From: Pseudomonadota bacterium
GTDB lineage: Bacteria > Pseudomonadota > Alphaproteobacteria > Thalassobaculales > Thalassobaculaceae
Assembly (NCBI GenBank): GCA_036160575.1
Contig: JAYYDT010000047.1
Location: forward strand, 2,293 to 66,292
Reading direction: 5' to 3'
Length of the DNA stretch: 64,000 nucleotides
The translations under genes and the position numbers were made by a program. The notes under the pieces were generated by a model. It did no database searches. It had not been told where the DNA came from and saw only the letters and a list, made by a program, of their open reading frames with translations. This document shows positions 9,289 to 20,246 of the stretch, piece by piece (positions within the stretch are counted from its first letter, which is position 1; each line of letters opens with the position of its first letter).

Positions 9289-10686
9289 ATGATCCCGGTC
9301 GATGGCTTTTCAGCGCGCAAGGTGGCGGTTCTCGGGTTAGCCCGTTCGGGCTTGGCCACGGTGCGCGCGCTGCGGGCCGGCGGGGCGGCGGTTTTCGCCT
9401 GGGACGACGACGCCGACCGGCGGCCGGCGGCGGCCGACAGCGGCGCCCAAGTGACGCCCCTGGAGGCCATGCCCTGGGCCGAGATGGCCGCCCTGGTGCT
9501 CAGTCCGGGCATTCCGCTCCATCACCCGACGCCGCATCCGGCGGTCGCCATGGCGCGGCGCCATGGCGTCGAGATCATCGGCGATATCGAGTTGTTCATC
9601 CGCAATGTCGACGCCGGCCAAGTGGTGGCGATCACTGGCACCAACGGCAAATCGACGACCACCGCCCTGTTGGGTCACCTTTTGCGGGAAGTCGGTCTTA
9701 GCGTCGCCGTCGGCGGCAACCTCGGCCTGCCGGTGTTGGACCTGCCGCGCCTTGACGGTGACGGGTTCTATGTCTTGGAACTGAGCTCCTACCAATTGGA
9801 CTTGACCCCAAGCCTGACCTGTCGGGCGGCGTGTTTGTTGAATGTCACGCCCGATCATCTCGACCGCCATGGCGGCATGGACGGCTATATCGCCGCCAAG
9901 CGCCAAATCTTCCGTGCGCTCACCGACGACGGGGTGTGCGTGGTGGGCGCCGACGACGCGCCGACGCGCGCCACCGCCGACACCCTGCGCGCCGCCGGCC
10001 AGCGGGTGGTCGCGATTTCCGCCGCCCGGCTGCCCGGTGACGGCGTGTTCAACGACGCCAACCAGGTGACGGTGCGCCACAACGACCAGTGCCGGACGCT
10101 CGCCGATCGCAGCGCGGCGACCGCCTTGCCAGGGTCCCACAATGGCCAAAACGCCGCCGCCGCCGCCGCGCTGGCCCTCGATTTAGGCCTCGCCGACGCG
10201 GACATCGCGCGTGGGCTGCTCAGCTTTCCCGGGCTGGCCCATCGCCAGGAACGCATCCGCGCGCTCAATGGCGTCGCCTACGTCAATGACAGCAAGGCGA
10301 CCAACGCCGCGGCGGCGGCCCGCGCCTTGGCCTGTTACACGCCGATTTACTGGATCGCCGGCGGCCGCGCCAAGGACGGCGGGATCACCGCGCTCAGCGC
10401 TTTTTTCCCGCGCATCCGCCATGCCTATTTGATCGGCGAGGCGGCACGTGATTTCGCGCGCGACCTGGAAGGCCACGCGCCTTATTCCCTTTGCGGCGCC
10501 CTGCCCCAAGCGGTCGATCAGGCCCATCATCTGGCCCAAGCCGAACATCTCGACGGCGCCACCGTGTTGCTGGCGCCGGCCGCCGCCTCGTTTGACCAAT
10601 TCGACAGTTTCGAAGCGCGCGGCGAGGTCTTCCGCCAGCAGGTGATGGCGCTAGACACCGATCCACCGCGGGAGGCCCAGGCATGA
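9289..10686 (+). CDS. murD: UDP-N-acetylmuramoylalanine--D-glutamate ligase
   Basis: Rossmann-like N-terminus (VAVLGLARSG), Mur ligase P-loop ITGTNGKSTT, DSKATN motif, conserved dcw position. Confidence 0.92.
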   Translation: MIPVDGFSARKVAVLGLARSGLATVRALRAGGAAVFAWDDDADRRPAAADSGAQVTPLEAMPWAEMAALVLSPGIPLHHPTPHPAVAMARRHGVEIIGDIELFIRNVDAGQVVAITGTNGKSTTTALLGHLLREVGLSVAVGGNLGLPVLDLPRLDGDGFYVLELSSYQLDLTPSLTCRAACLLNVTPDHLDRHGGMDGYIAAKRQIFRALTDDGVCVVGADDAPTRATADTLRAAGQRVVAISAARLPGDGVFNDANQVTVRHNDQCRTLADRSAATALPGSHNGQNAAAAAALALDLGLADADIARGLLSFPGLAHRQERIRALNGVAYVNDSKATNAAAAARALACYTPIYWIAGGRAKDGGITALSAFFPRIRHAYLIGEAARDFARDLEGHAPYSLCGALPQAVDQAHHLAQAEHLDGATVLLAPAAASFDQFDSFEARGEVFRQQVMALDTDPPREAQA

Positions 10687-11807
10687 TCGCGCTGGCCCGC
10701 ACCGATACCAGCTTGCTCGGCCGCTGGTGGTGGACCGTCGACCGCTGGCTGATCACCTGTTTGCTGCTGATTATCGCCATGGGCGCGATTTTGGTGCTGG
10801 CCGCCAGCCCATCGGTGGCCGAACGCATCGGTCTGGACGCTTATCATTTCGTGCGCCGGCAATTCATCATTTTGCCGCTCGCCCTAACGGTCATGTTCGC
10901 GGTCTCCCTGCTGAGCCCGCTGCAGGTGCGCCGACTGGCCGCCATCGGCTTTCTCGGCTGCGTGGTGTTGCTGGCGCTGACCCCGCTGGTCGGCGCGGAA
11001 ATCAAAGGCGCGCGGCGTTGGGTCAGCCTCGCCGGCATGTCGCTGCAAGTCTCCGAGTTCGTGAAACCCTGCCTGGCGGTGATATCGGCGTGGATGTTCG
11101 CCGAATGGCGCCGACGGCCGGAGTTTCCCGGTCACGCGGTGGCCATCGCCCTCTACACGGCGGTTGTCGGGCTGCTGCTGCTGCAGCCCGATTTTGGGCA
11201 ATCGGTGCTGATCACCCTGGTCTTCATCGGTCAATTCTTCCTCGCCGGCCTACCGGTCGCCTGGTTGGTGGCGACCGGCGCCCTCGGCCTCGCCGGTTTG
11301 GTCGGCGCCTATTTCCTGTTCCCCCACGTGACCAGCCGGGTGAACCGTTTTCTCGACCCGACCTCGGGCGACACCTATCAGGTCGATCGCTCACTGGAAG
11401 CCTTCATCAACGGCGGGTTTCTTGGCACCGGTCCGGGCGAGGGCGAAATCAAACAGCTTCTGCCCGACGCCCACGCCGATTTCATTTTCTCGGTGGCCGG
11501 CGAAGAATTCGGCGCCATCACGTGTTTGCTGATCATCGTGTTGTTCGGCTTCGTGGTGTTGCGCGGCTTTAGCCGGCTGTTCGCCGACGGAAGCTTGTTC
11601 GTCTTGCTGGCCGGCGCCGGCCTGCTTATGCAGTTTGGCCTGCAGGCGCTGGTGCATATGGCCTCGGCGCTGCAGTTGGCGCCCGCCAAGGGCATGACCC
11701 TGCCGTTCATCAGCTATGGCGGCTCCTCGCTGATCGCGCTGGCCCTGGCGATGGGCATGGCGCTGGCCTTGACCCGCCGCCGCGTCCACGAGGGAGACGG
11801 CGCATGA
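10683..11807 (+). CDS. ftsW: peptidoglycan glycosyltransferase FtsW (SEDS family)
   Basis: Multi-TM SEDS protein with PDAHADFIFSVAGEEFG and LPFISYGGSS motifs. ATGA overlap with the murD stop. Confidence 0.9.
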   Translation: MIALARTDTSLLGRWWWTVDRWLITCLLLIIAMGAILVLAASPSVAERIGLDAYHFVRRQFIILPLALTVMFAVSLLSPLQVRRLAAIGFLGCVVLLALTPLVGAEIKGARRWVSLAGMSLQVSEFVKPCLAVISAWMFAEWRRRPEFPGHAVAIALYTAVVGLLLLQPDFGQSVLITLVFIGQFFLAGLPVAWLVATGALGLAGLVGAYFLFPHVTSRVNRFLDPTSGDTYQVDRSLEAFINGGFLGTGPGEGEIKQLLPDAHADFIFSVAGEEFGAITCLLIIVLFGFVVLRGFSRLFADGSLFVLLAGAGLLMQFGLQALVHMASALQLAPAKGMTLPFISYGGSSLIALALAMGMALALTRRRVHEGDGA

Positions 11808-12907
11808 ACGGGCCGATTATCGCCCTCGCCGCCGGCGGCACCGGCGGCCATCTGTTTCCGGCCAAGGCTCTGGCCAGCGCTTTGCTGACACGCGGTCCGC
11901 GACCGGTGCTGGTCACCGACGCGCGCGGCGAGGCGTTCGAAATCGCCGGCCATGATCTGCCGGTTCACCGTATCGCCGCCAAAAGCCCCAGCGGCGGCTG
12001 GCTGCGCCGACTGACCGGCGGCGGCGCCCTCGCCCTCGGCGTGTTTCAAGCCCGCGTCCTGCTCGCCCGACTGGCGCCGGCGGCGGTGGTCGGCTTCGGC
12101 GGGTTCGCCAGCGTGCCGACGGTTGTGGCCGCCCGCTGGCTCGGTTTGCCGGTCGTCCTGCACGAACAAAACGCGGTGCTGGGCCGGGCCAATCGATTGT
12201 TGGCGCGTTACGCCACCACCATCGCCACCTCGTTCGACGAAACCGCCGGCGTGCCCGCCGGCGACCAGGCCAAAACGCGGGCCATCGGCAACCCGGTGCG
12301 CGACGAGATCGCCACTCTGCGCGATAGCGCCTATAGCCCGCCGACCGGCGACCAACCGGTCCACCTGCTGATCACCGGCGGCAGTCAGGGCGCCCGTGTG
12401 TTCGCCGACATTCTGCCGCCGGCATTGGCCGCCTTGCCGGCGGCCTTGCGCGCCCGCCTGCGGGTCGCCCAACAGGCCCGCCAGGAAGATGTCGCGCGTG
12501 TCACCGCGGCCTATCGGACGAGCGGCATTGACGCCGAGGTCAGCAGCTTTTTCGGCGACATGGCGCGCCGCCTGGCCGCCGCCCATCTGCTGATCTGCCG
12601 CGCCGGCGCGTCGACCATGGCCGAAATCGCCGCCGCCGGCCGGCCGGCCGTGCTGGTGCCCTATCCCCACGCCATGGACGACCATCAAAGCGCCAATGCC
12701 CGCGCCGCCGCCGACACCGGCGCCGCTTGGCTGCTGGCCGAAGGCCCGCTGAAAGTTGACGATTTCCGCGCCTGTCTGGAGCGCGCCTTAGGCGACCCCG
12801 CCGGCTTAGCCGCCGCCGCCGCCGCCGCTCGCCGGCTCGACCACCCGGGCGCGGCCGAGGCGCTGGTCGACCTGCTGCCGATCACCGGCGAGGAAGCGCG
12901 ACCATGA
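11804..12907 (+). CDS. murG: undecaprenyldiphospho-muramoylpentapeptide beta-N-acetylglucosaminyltransferase
   Basis: [13 protein letters not shown]-terminal motif, [12 protein letters not shown] and [11 protein letters not shown] motifs. ATGA overlap with the ftsW stop. Confidence 0.92.
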   Translation: MNGPIIALAAGGTGGHLFPAKALASALLTRGPRPVLVTDARGEAFEIAGHDLPVHRIAAKSPSGGWLRRLTGGGALALGVFQARVLLARLAPAAVVGFGGFASVPTVVAARWLGLPVVLHEQNAVLGRANRLLARYATTIATSFDETAGVPAGDQAKTRAIGNPVRDEIATLRDSAYSPPTGDQPVHLLITGGSQGARVFADILPPALAALPAALRARLRVAQQARQEDVARVTAAYRTSGIDAEVSSFFGDMARRLAAAHLLICRAGASTMAEIAAAGRPAVLVPYPHAMDDHQSANARAAADTGAAWLLAEGPLKVDDFRACLERALGDPAGLAAAAAAARRLDHPGAAEALVDLLPITGEEARP

Positions 12908-14346
12908 GAAGCCTGCCGCTTTCCATCGGAACCATTCATTTCATCGGCATCGGCGGCATCGGCATGAGCGGTATCGCCGAGGTGCTGTGCAATCTCGGCT
13001 ATCAAGTGCACGGCAGCGACATTGCCGAGAACGCCAACGTCGCGCGCTTGCGCGGCCTGGGCGCGCGCCTGTTCATCGGCCATCACGGCGACAATGTCCG
13101 GGACGCGGCGATTGTCGTAGTGTCAACCGCGATCCAACCCGACAACCCGGAATTGGAGGCCGCCCGCCGGCTGCTCATCCCGATTGTCCACCGCGCCGAA
13201 ATGCTGGCCGAGTTGATGCGCCTGAAATGGTCGATCGCTTGCGCCGGCACCCATGGAAAAACCACCACCACCTCGCTGGTCGCGACCGTCCTTGACCACG
13301 CCGGGCTCGACCCGACCATCGTCAACGGCGGCATCATCAACGCCTATGGCACCAACGCCCGGCTGGGCGGCGGCGACTGGATGGTGGTCGAGGCCGATGA
13401 AAGCGACGGCAGTTTCAACAAGCTCCCGGCGACCATCGCGGTGGTCACCAATATCGACCCCGAGCACCTCGACCATCACGGCGATTTCGCGCAGTTGCAA
13501 AACGCCTTTCAGCGCTTTGTGCAGAACCTGCCCTTTTACGGTTTCGCGGCCCTGTGTATCGACCATCCGGTGGTCCAAGCGATGATCCCGCGCGTCGCCG
13601 ACCGCCGCATCGTGACCTATGGCTTCTCACCGCAGGCCGATGTGCGCGGCGACAATCTGCGGGCCACCGGCGCGGGCGTCACTTTCGACGTGACGATCAC
13701 CAACCGCGCCGATGACAGCCAGTTGGAATTGCCGGACCTGCACCTGCCGATGTTTGGCGCCCATAATGTGCAAAACGCCCTGGCGGCGGTACTGATCGGC
13801 CATGAAATGGGCCTGACCGCCGAGGTTTTACGCGGCGCCCTCGCCAAATTCGCCGGCGTCAAACGGCGCTTCACCAAAGTCGGCGTCAGCGGCGGCGTCA
13901 CCGTCATCGACGACTATGGCCACCATCCGGTGGAAATCGCCGCGGTCTTGAAAGCCGCGCGCGACGCCGCCGGCGACGGCCGCGTGATCGCCGTCGTCCA
14001 GCCCCACCGCTTTAGCCGGCTACGCGATCTGTTCGATGATTTTTGCAGCTGTTTCAACGACGCCGACATGGTGCTGGTGGCCGACGTGCACGCCGCCGGC
14101 GAGGCGCCCCTCGAAGGCATCGATCGCGACGCCTTGGTCGCCGGCTTGCAAGGCCACGGTCACCGCGCCGTCGCCAGCTTGCCATCGCCCGACGCCTTGC
14201 CGGCGATGATCGCCGAGCGGGCGGCGCCGGGCGACTTCGTGATTTGCCTCGGCGCCGGCAGTATCACCACCTGGGCGGCGGCTTTACCGGCCGCCCTGGA
14301 CCACCTGCGCGACGGCGCCGCCCCGATGGAGGCGCGACGCCCATGA
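12904..14346 (+). CDS. murC: UDP-N-acetylmuramate--L-alanine ligase
   Basis: [19 protein letters not shown]-terminus and P-loop [15 protein letters not shown] overlap with the murG stop. Confidence 0.93.
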   Translation: MRSLPLSIGTIHFIGIGGIGMSGIAEVLCNLGYQVHGSDIAENANVARLRGLGARLFIGHHGDNVRDAAIVVVSTAIQPDNPELEAARRLLIPIVHRAEMLAELMRLKWSIACAGTHGKTTTTSLVATVLDHAGLDPTIVNGGIINAYGTNARLGGGDWMVVEADESDGSFNKLPATIAVVTNIDPEHLDHHGDFAQLQNAFQRFVQNLPFYGFAALCIDHPVVQAMIPRVADRRIVTYGFSPQADVRGDNLRATGAGVTFDVTITNRADDSQLELPDLHLPMFGAHNVQNALAAVLIGHEMGLTAEVLRGALAKFAGVKRRFTKVGVSGGVTVIDDYGHHPVEIAAVLKAARDAAGDGRVIAVVQPHRFSRLRDLFDDFCSCFNDADMVLVADVHAAGEAPLEGIDRDALVAGLQGHGHRAVASLPSPDALPAMIAERAAPGDFVICLGAGSITTWAAALPAALDHLRDGAAPMEARRP

Positions 14347-15299
14347 GACAGGCCGCCCTCGCCGCGACAATGGGATCTGCGCCCATGCATGCTTTGATTG
14401 ACCGTTTGCCAGCCGTGCGCGGCGGCTACCGCGCGGATGTGCCGCTGGCCAAATACACCTGGCTGCGGGTCGGCGGCGCCGCCGAGGTTCTGTTCGAACC
14501 CGCCGACCGTGACGATCTCGCCCATTTCATCGCCGGCAAACCGACCGACGTGCCGGTCACGGTGATCGGTGTCGCTTCCAATCTGCTGGTTCGCGACGGC
14601 GGCATTCCGGGCGTCACCATTCGCCTGGGCCGGGCGTTTTCGGCGATTGACTTCGGCGACGGCGAACTGCGCGTCGAGGCCGGCGCCCTGGATATCGAGG
14701 TCGCCCGCGCGGCACAACGCGCCGGCCGTGGCGGGTTGGCGTTTTTGAGCGGCATCCCCGGCACCATCGGGGGCGCCCTGCGCATGAACGCCGGCGCCTA
14801 TGGTAGCGAAATCGCCGATGTCCTGGTCGAGGCCGAAGCCATCGACGACCGCGGCGAGCGGCACCATCTGACCGCCGCTCAAATGGGTTTCGGTTACCGC
14901 CATGTGGGCGTTTCAAGGGCGTGGATTTTCACCGCCGCGACGCTCGCCGCGCCGGCCGCCGACCCGGCCGCGATCAAGGCCCGCATGGACGAGATCCAAG
15001 TCGCCCGCGAGGCCAGCCAGCCGATCCGCGCGCGCACCGGCGGCAGCACGTTCGCTAACCCGCCGGGTGATACCGCCTGGCGGTTGATCGACCAGGCCGG
15101 TTGCCGCGGCCTGCGCCGCGGCGACGCCCAGGTGTCGGAAAAACACTGCAACTTTCTGATCAACACCGGCGCCGCCACCGCCGCCGACATGGAGGCCCTC
15201 GGCGAAGAGGTGCGGGCCAAGGTGCGCGCCGCTTGCGGGGTCGAGTTGACCTGGGAAGTGCAGCGTGTCGGCGTGCCGCTGGGAGGCCCCGATGGTTGA
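14343..15299 (+). CDS. murB: UDP-N-acetylenolpyruvoylglucosamine reductase
   Basis: FAD-binding PCMH-type domain ([19 protein letters not shown]...[12 protein letters not shown]) and C-terminal [12 protein letters not shown] 14343 overlaps the murC stop (ATGA). The longer track ORF from 14043 is an out-of-context extension inside murC. Confidence 0.9.
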   Translation: MRQAALAATMGSAPMHALIDRLPAVRGGYRADVPLAKYTWLRVGGAAEVLFEPADRDDLAHFIAGKPTDVPVTVIGVASNLLVRDGGIPGVTIRLGRAFSAIDFGDGELRVEAGALDIEVARAAQRAGRGGLAFLSGIPGTIGGALRMNAGAYGSEIADVLVEAEAIDDRGERHHLTAAQMGFGYRHVGVSRAWIFTAATLAAPAADPAAIKARMDEIQVAREASQPIRARTGGSTFANPPGDTAWRLIDQAGCRGLRRGDAQVSEKHCNFLINTGAATAADMEALGEEVRAKVRAACGVELTWEVQRVGVPLGGPDG

Positions 15300-16215
15300 G
15301 CATGTGGCGGTCTTGATGGGCGGCTGGTCGGCCGAACGCGAAGTCTCGCTGGCGACCGGCCGGGAATGCGCCGCCGGCTTGCGCAGCGCCGGCTACCGCG
15401 TCGATGAGGTCGACGTCGACCGCGACGTGGCGACCCGCCTGTTGAGCCTCAAACCGGATGTCTGTTTCAACGCTCTCCACGGGCGCCTGGGCGAAGACGG
15501 CAATATCCAGGGACTGCTTAACATTCTCGGCATTCCCTATACCCATTCCGGGGTCACCGCCTCGGCGCTGGCCATGAACAAGCCGCAGGCCAAAACCATT
15601 TTCGAGGCGTATGGTCTGGTTTGTCCGGAAGGCATGGTGGTCGACAGCGACACCGCCCCGGGCGATTTGCCGTTCCCGCCGCCCTTCGTGGTCAAACCGG
15701 TCGACGAAGGTTCCAGCGTTGGCGTGACCATCGTGCGCACCGGCGACAACCGAGAAAAAGTGGCTGGCGACATCTGGCCCCATGGCCATCATGTTCTGGT
15801 CGAGCGGTTCATTCCGGGCCGCGAACTGACCGTCGCGGTGTTCGACGGCCAGGCCCATTGCGTCACCGAGATCACGTCGGATCGCGGCTTTTACGATTAC
15901 GATGCCAAATACGTTCCCGGCGGCTCGCGTCATATCCTGCCGGCCGACCTGCCAGCGGCGATCACCCGGCGCGCTTTGAATTGGGCTGAAACGGCCTATC
16001 GCGTGCTGGGATGCCGCGGGGTCGCGCGCTGTGACTTTCGCTTCGACGACACCGCCGACGCGGCCGATCCCGAAGGCGATCTGTATCTGCTGGAGATCAA
16101 CACCCAACCAGGTATGACGCCGACCTCGCTGGTCCCGGAACAGGCCCAATTTATTGGCGTTAAATTCCCCCAACTGGTGGCCCGCATGGTCGAGGAGGCG
16201 CGATGCGATTCGTGA
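15292..16215 (+). CDS. ddl: D-alanine--D-alanine ligase
   Basis: VAVLMGGWSAEREVSL N-terminus, ATP-grasp region (FVVKPVDEGSSVGV), C-terminal LLEINTQPGMT. The start overlaps the murB 3' end by 8 nt. Confidence 0.92.
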   Translation: MVEHVAVLMGGWSAEREVSLATGRECAAGLRSAGYRVDEVDVDRDVATRLLSLKPDVCFNALHGRLGEDGNIQGLLNILGIPYTHSGVTASALAMNKPQAKTIFEAYGLVCPEGMVVDSDTAPGDLPFPPPFVVKPVDEGSSVGVTIVRTGDNREKVAGDIWPHGHHVLVERFIPGRELTVAVFDGQAHCVTEITSDRGFYDYDAKYVPGGSRHILPADLPAAITRRALNWAETAYRVLGCRGVARCDFRFDDTADAADPEGDLYLLEINTQPGMTPTSLVPEQAQFIGVKFPQLVARMVEEARCDS

Positions 16216-17075
16216 TCAACCGCCTGTTCAAGCGCCCCGCCAAAAAAACCCAACGCGGTCGCCCCGCGCCGCGCGACCGGCGCCCCACCGCGCACATGCG
16301 TCGGCTGCGGCGGGCCGGCGCCGCGCTGGCTGTGCTGGCCTGTCTTGGCGGCGGTCTCGTGGCCGGCTGGCAGGGCGGCGCTTTCGCCACCGTCGCCGGG
16401 CAATTCAACAGCTGGTCGCGGATGGTAATCGCCCAAGCCGGTTTGGAGGTTCACGACATTCTGGTCGCCGGCCGCGGGCGGACCAGCCGCGGCGACCTGA
16501 TGCGGGCCATCGCGACGCCGCGCGGCAGTTCTATTTTCGACCTCGACCTGGCCGAAATACAGCGCCGCGTGGAGACCTTGCCGTGGGTTAAAACGGCGGT
16601 TGTCCGACGCCAACTGCCGGCGACCCTGTACGTTGATTTGACCGAACGCCGCCCGCTCGCCCTGTGGCAGCACCAAGCCAAGCTGCGCCTGGTCGACCGT
16701 GATGGCGAGGTGATCGCGGTACAAAACCTGACGGCGTTCGCGGAATTGCCGATCCTGGTCGGCGCCGACGCCCCGGCGCGGGGCCAGGCGGCCTTGGAAA
16801 TGATCGCCACCAGCCCAGCCCTGGCCGCCCGCGTGCGCGCCCTCACCTGGGTCGGCGCGCGCCGCTGGACGGTGCGCCTGGACAATGACGTCGACATCCT
16901 GCTGCCGGAAACCGATCCCGGCCGGGCGTGGCGTCATTTGGCCAATCTGCAACGCGACCACGACGTCCTCGCCCGCCATATCGTGACCATCGATATGCGG
17001 ATCCCCGAGCAATTGGTGATGCGTCTGGCGCCGGCCGCTTTCGAACAAATCAGCGCGCGCGGCAAGGAGACCTGA
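16203..17075 (+). CDS. ftsQ: cell division protein FtsQ
   Basis: Basic N-terminus, single TM helix (AALAVLACLGGGLVAGW), POTRA-like region (VHDILVAGRGRTSRGDL...PWVKTAVVRRQLPATLYVDLTER). Conserved position between ddl and ftsA. Confidence 0.8.
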   Translation: MRFVINRLFKRPAKKTQRGRPAPRDRRPTAHMRRLRRAGAALAVLACLGGGLVAGWQGGAFATVAGQFNSWSRMVIAQAGLEVHDILVAGRGRTSRGDLMRAIATPRGSSIFDLDLAEIQRRVETLPWVKTAVVRRQLPATLYVDLTERRPLALWQHQAKLRLVDRDGEVIAVQNLTAFAELPILVGADAPARGQAALEMIATSPALAARVRALTWVGARRWTVRLDNDVDILLPETDPGRAWRHLANLQRDHDVLARHIVTIDMRIPEQLVMRLAPAAFEQISARGKET

Positions 17076-17106
17076 GCCATGCCATTTCGCCAAGGATATA
17101 AATAAC

Positions 17107-18402
17107 GTGAAAAAAGGTTTGGCCAAATCGCGTTCGGGCATCGTCGCCGCCCTGGATATCGGCAGCACCAAGATCTGTTGCTTCATCGCGCGCACCCATG
17201 ACGGCGGGCCGGCCCCGTTGATCGGTATCAATCACGCGACCGCCGCCCGACCGCGTGTGATCGGTGTTGGCCATCAGGTCTCCAAAGGCGTTAAGAGCGG
17301 CGTGATCGTCGACATGGAGGCCGCCGAAACCTCTATTTTGACCGCCGTCAACGCCGCCGAGAATATGGCCGGCGAACAAATCGACCGGGTTTTTGTTAAC
17401 CTCGCCGGCGGGCATCCGGCATCGCAGACCTTCGACATCGAAGTGCCCCTTGACGGCCAAGAAATCGGCGACCGCGACCTTCGCCACGTGCTCGACCAAT
17501 GGCAGCGCATCGAGCACGCCGCCGAGCGCACCCTGATTCATTCCATCCCCTTGGGCTTTTCCCTCGACCGCCACGGCGGCATTCGCGACCCGCGCGGCAT
17601 GGTTGGCCGCACCCTCGGCGCCAATATGCACGTGGTCACCGCCCAGGCCGGCGCAGTCCGTAACCTGGCCGCCGTTATCCGGCGCTGCCATTTGGAAATC
17701 GAAGGTTTCGTGGTGGCGCCGCTGGCCTCCGGTCTGGCGGCCCTGGTCGAAGACGAAAAAGACCTTGGCGTGACGGTCATCGACATGGGCGGCGGCACCA
17801 CCACCATCGCCGTGTTTTTTGACGGCCATCCTATTTTCACCGATTGCGTTTCGATTGGCGGCGCTCATGTGACCGCCGATATCGCGCATGGTTTGTCGAC
17901 CGCGCTAACCGACGCCGAGCGGCTGAAAACCCTTTATGGCGGCGCCATCGCCTCGCCCTTGGACGATAAGGATATCGTCGATGTGCCGCTGGTCGGCGAG
18001 GACCAATCGACCAGCCCCAATCATGTGCCGAAATCCCATTTGGTCGCGATCATCAAACCGCGCCTGGAAGAAACTTTCGAACTTGTTCGCGACCGTCTCG
18101 ACGAAAGCGGTTTCGACAAATTGGCGGGTCGCCGCGTGGTGCTTACCGGCGGTGCCAGCCAACTCCCGGGAGTCCGGGAAATGGCCCAACTGGTCTTGGA
18201 AAAACAAGTGCGCATGGGCAAGCCCCTGGGCATCCAAGGTTTGGCTGAGGCCGCTGGAGGTCCGGCGTTTTCCACCTGCGCCGGGCTTCTGACCTACGCC
18301 GTCAATCCACAAATCGACGCCCCCCGGGTGGCCGGTCCGCACACCGGTGCGGCCAGTGACCTGATCGGGCGCGTCGGAAAATGGCTGAAGGAGTACTTCT
18401 GA
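17107..18402 (+). CDS. ftsA: cell division protein FtsA
   Basis: Actin-like ATPase: VAALDIGSTKICCFIA, VIDMGGGTTTIAVF, LTGGASQLPG. GTG start. Confidence 0.92.
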   Translation: MKKGLAKSRSGIVAALDIGSTKICCFIARTHDGGPAPLIGINHATAARPRVIGVGHQVSKGVKSGVIVDMEAAETSILTAVNAAENMAGEQIDRVFVNLAGGHPASQTFDIEVPLDGQEIGDRDLRHVLDQWQRIEHAAERTLIHSIPLGFSLDRHGGIRDPRGMVGRTLGANMHVVTAQAGAVRNLAAVIRRCHLEIEGFVVAPLASGLAALVEDEKDLGVTVIDMGGGTTTIAVFFDGHPIFTDCVSIGGAHVTADIAHGLSTALTDAERLKTLYGGAIASPLDDKDIVDVPLVGEDQSTSPNHVPKSHLVAIIKPRLEETFELVRDRLDESGFDKLAGRRVVLTGGASQLPGVREMAQLVLEKQVRMGKPLGIQGLAEAAGGPAFSTCAGLLTYAVNPQIDAPRVAGPHTGAASDLIGRVGKWLKEYF

Positions 18403-18474
18403 TGCCGGCGGCGCCTATTCACCACCTCACTTATCACCCCCGTCATCACCATTGACGAAAGCCGGAGAAGAATC

Positions 18475-20109
18475 ATGACCATCAACATCACCGTCCCAAA
18501 GGACGACCTGTCGCTCAAGCCACGGATCACCGTGATCGGGGTTGGCGGCGCCGGCGGCAACGCCGTGAACAATATGATCCAATCGAATTTGCATGGCGTC
18601 GATTTCATTGTCGCCAATACCGACGCACAAGCGCTTGAGTTGTCCCACGCCGACCAACGCATCCAGCTTGGCCAAACCGTCACCCAGGGCCTTGGCGCGG
18701 GTTCCAAACCCGATGTCGGGCGCGCCGCCGCCGAAGAGGCGATCAGCCAAATAATGGCCAAATTGGAAGACCAAAACATGGTCTTCATCACCGCCGGCAT
18801 GGGCGGCGGCACCGGCACCGGCGCCGCGCCGGTGGTCGCCCAAGCTTGCCGCGAAAGCGGTATCCTAACCGTCGGGGTGGTGACCAAGCCGTTTCATTTC
18901 GAGGGCCGCCACCGGATGAACACGGCCGAGGCCGGGATTGAGGAATTGCAGCGCTATGTCGACACGCTGATCATCATTCCAAATCAAAACCTGTTCCGCG
19001 TGGCCAATGACAAAACCACTTTCGCCGACGCCTTCAACATGGCCGATGACGTGCTTCACTCGGGCGTTCGCGGTGTCACCGATCTGATGGTCATGCCGGG
19101 CTTGATCAACCTCGACTTCGCCGACATCCGCTCGGTGATGAGCGAAATGGGTAAAGCCATGATGGGAACCGGCGAGGCCACCGGCGACACCCGCGCGGTC
19201 GACGCCGCCGAAGCGGCGATCAACAACCCGCTGTTGGAGGACAGCTCGATGAAAGGCGCGCGCGGTGTCTTGATCAACATCACCGGCGGTCATGACATGA
19301 CCCTTTACGAGGTCGACGAGGCCGCCAACCGCATCCGCGACGAAGTCGATCCGGAAGCCAATATCATCTTCGGGTCGACCTTCGACGAGCGCCTGGAAGG
19401 CGTCATGCGGGTGTCGGTGGTCTCGACCGGGATCGCCGCCGAGGGCGCCGCCGCCGTCCCGCCGGCGCGGCCGGCTTTATCGGTCATCCGGGCCCGCGCC
19501 GACGATCAGCCGAAAAGCGCCGACAAAACAGCGGGTGCGGCGACCGGAACCGTCGCGGCCCTAACTGAAGCGGGGATGGCCGAGGCGACGATGGCCGGCG
19601 TGGTCGATGAAGGTCAATTGGACCTAGAGGGCACCGCCGCCGCGACGCCGGCGCAAATCTTCGAAAGCTACACCGCCGGCGACGGCCAGCCGCAAGACGC
19701 CGCCGAGACACTGGCCGACACATTGGCCGAGGCGGCGCCCGCCGACACGGTGTTTATTCCCGCCGCGCCGGTGATGCCGCCGGCCGCCGAGAAGGCCGCC
19801 ACGCCGGTCGCGCCGACCGGTCCGTTACAGGCCGACACCGCGATCGAAGCGCCGAGTCCGGCCGAAACGCCGAAACGCAACAATCTGTTCCGGCAAATCA
19901 CACGCATCGGCTTGGCCGCTAAGAACGAGCCCTCGAAACCGACGGTCGCCAAGGAGCCGGCGATCACCCCGGCGCCATCCCAGACGGTCCCGTCGAGCGG
20001 ATCTGGCGAGGACGACGGGCAAGCCCGTCTTGGCGGTCTCGACGCCGCCGGCGAAACCGACGACGGGCTTCTCGACATCCCGGCGTTTTTGAGGCGCCAG
20101 GCCAACTGA
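18475..20109 (+). CDS. ftsZ: cell division protein FtsZ (long-linker alphaproteobacterial form)
   Basis: [17 protein letters not shown], the tubulin signature [11 protein letters not shown] and NTDAQAL. A long Ala/Pro/Thr-rich linker spans about nt 19430-20040. Conserved C-terminal peptide [26 protein letters not shown] upstream. Confidence 0.97.
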   Translation: MTINITVPKDDLSLKPRITVIGVGGAGGNAVNNMIQSNLHGVDFIVANTDAQALELSHADQRIQLGQTVTQGLGAGSKPDVGRAAAEEAISQIMAKLEDQNMVFITAGMGGGTGTGAAPVVAQACRESGILTVGVVTKPFHFEGRHRMNTAEAGIEELQRYVDTLIIIPNQNLFRVANDKTTFADAFNMADDVLHSGVRGVTDLMVMPGLINLDFADIRSVMSEMGKAMMGTGEATGDTRAVDAAEAAINNPLLEDSSMKGARGVLINITGGHDMTLYEVDEAANRIRDEVDPEANIIFGSTFDERLEGVMRVSVVSTGIAAEGAAAVPPARPALSVIRARADDQPKSADKTAGAATGTVAALTEAGMAEATMAGVVDEGQLDLEGTAAATPAQIFESYTAGDGQPQDAAETLADTLAEAAPADTVFIPAAPVMPPAAEKAATPVAPTGPLQADTAIEAPSPAETPKRNNLFRQITRIGLAAKNEPSKPTVAKEPAITPAPSQTVPSSGSGEDDGQARLGGLDAAGETDDGLLDIPAFLRRQAN

Positions 20110-20170
20110 TCGGTCGCCGCGTTGCTGTGGTGGAGGCAACGTAACAACCGGTAATAAATGGTGATTTTGG

Positions 20171-20202
20171 ACTCCCGCACCAGCCCCGTATGGTGCGGGA
20201 GT
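20171..20202 (+). terminator. stem-loop downstream of ftsZ (possible intrinsic terminator or attenuator)
   Basis: Perfect 11-bp inverted repeat, actcccgcacc (20171-20181) and ggtgcgggagt (20192-20202), with a 10-nt loop, followed by the T/A-rich tcatatttat. The U-tract is weak. Confidence 0.4.
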
Positions 20203-20246
20203 TCATATTTATGACAACGCTTTCCAGGGAATTCGGTGGGACCAAA

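Noticed and set aside
19430-20040. The long Ala/Pro/Thr/Glu-rich low-complexity segment inside ftsZ, considered as a possible insertion or fusion.
   Set aside because: Alphaproteobacterial FtsZ proteins characteristically carry a long disordered linker between the GTPase core and the conserved C-terminal peptide, which is present here (DIPAFLRRQ). This is a normal feature.
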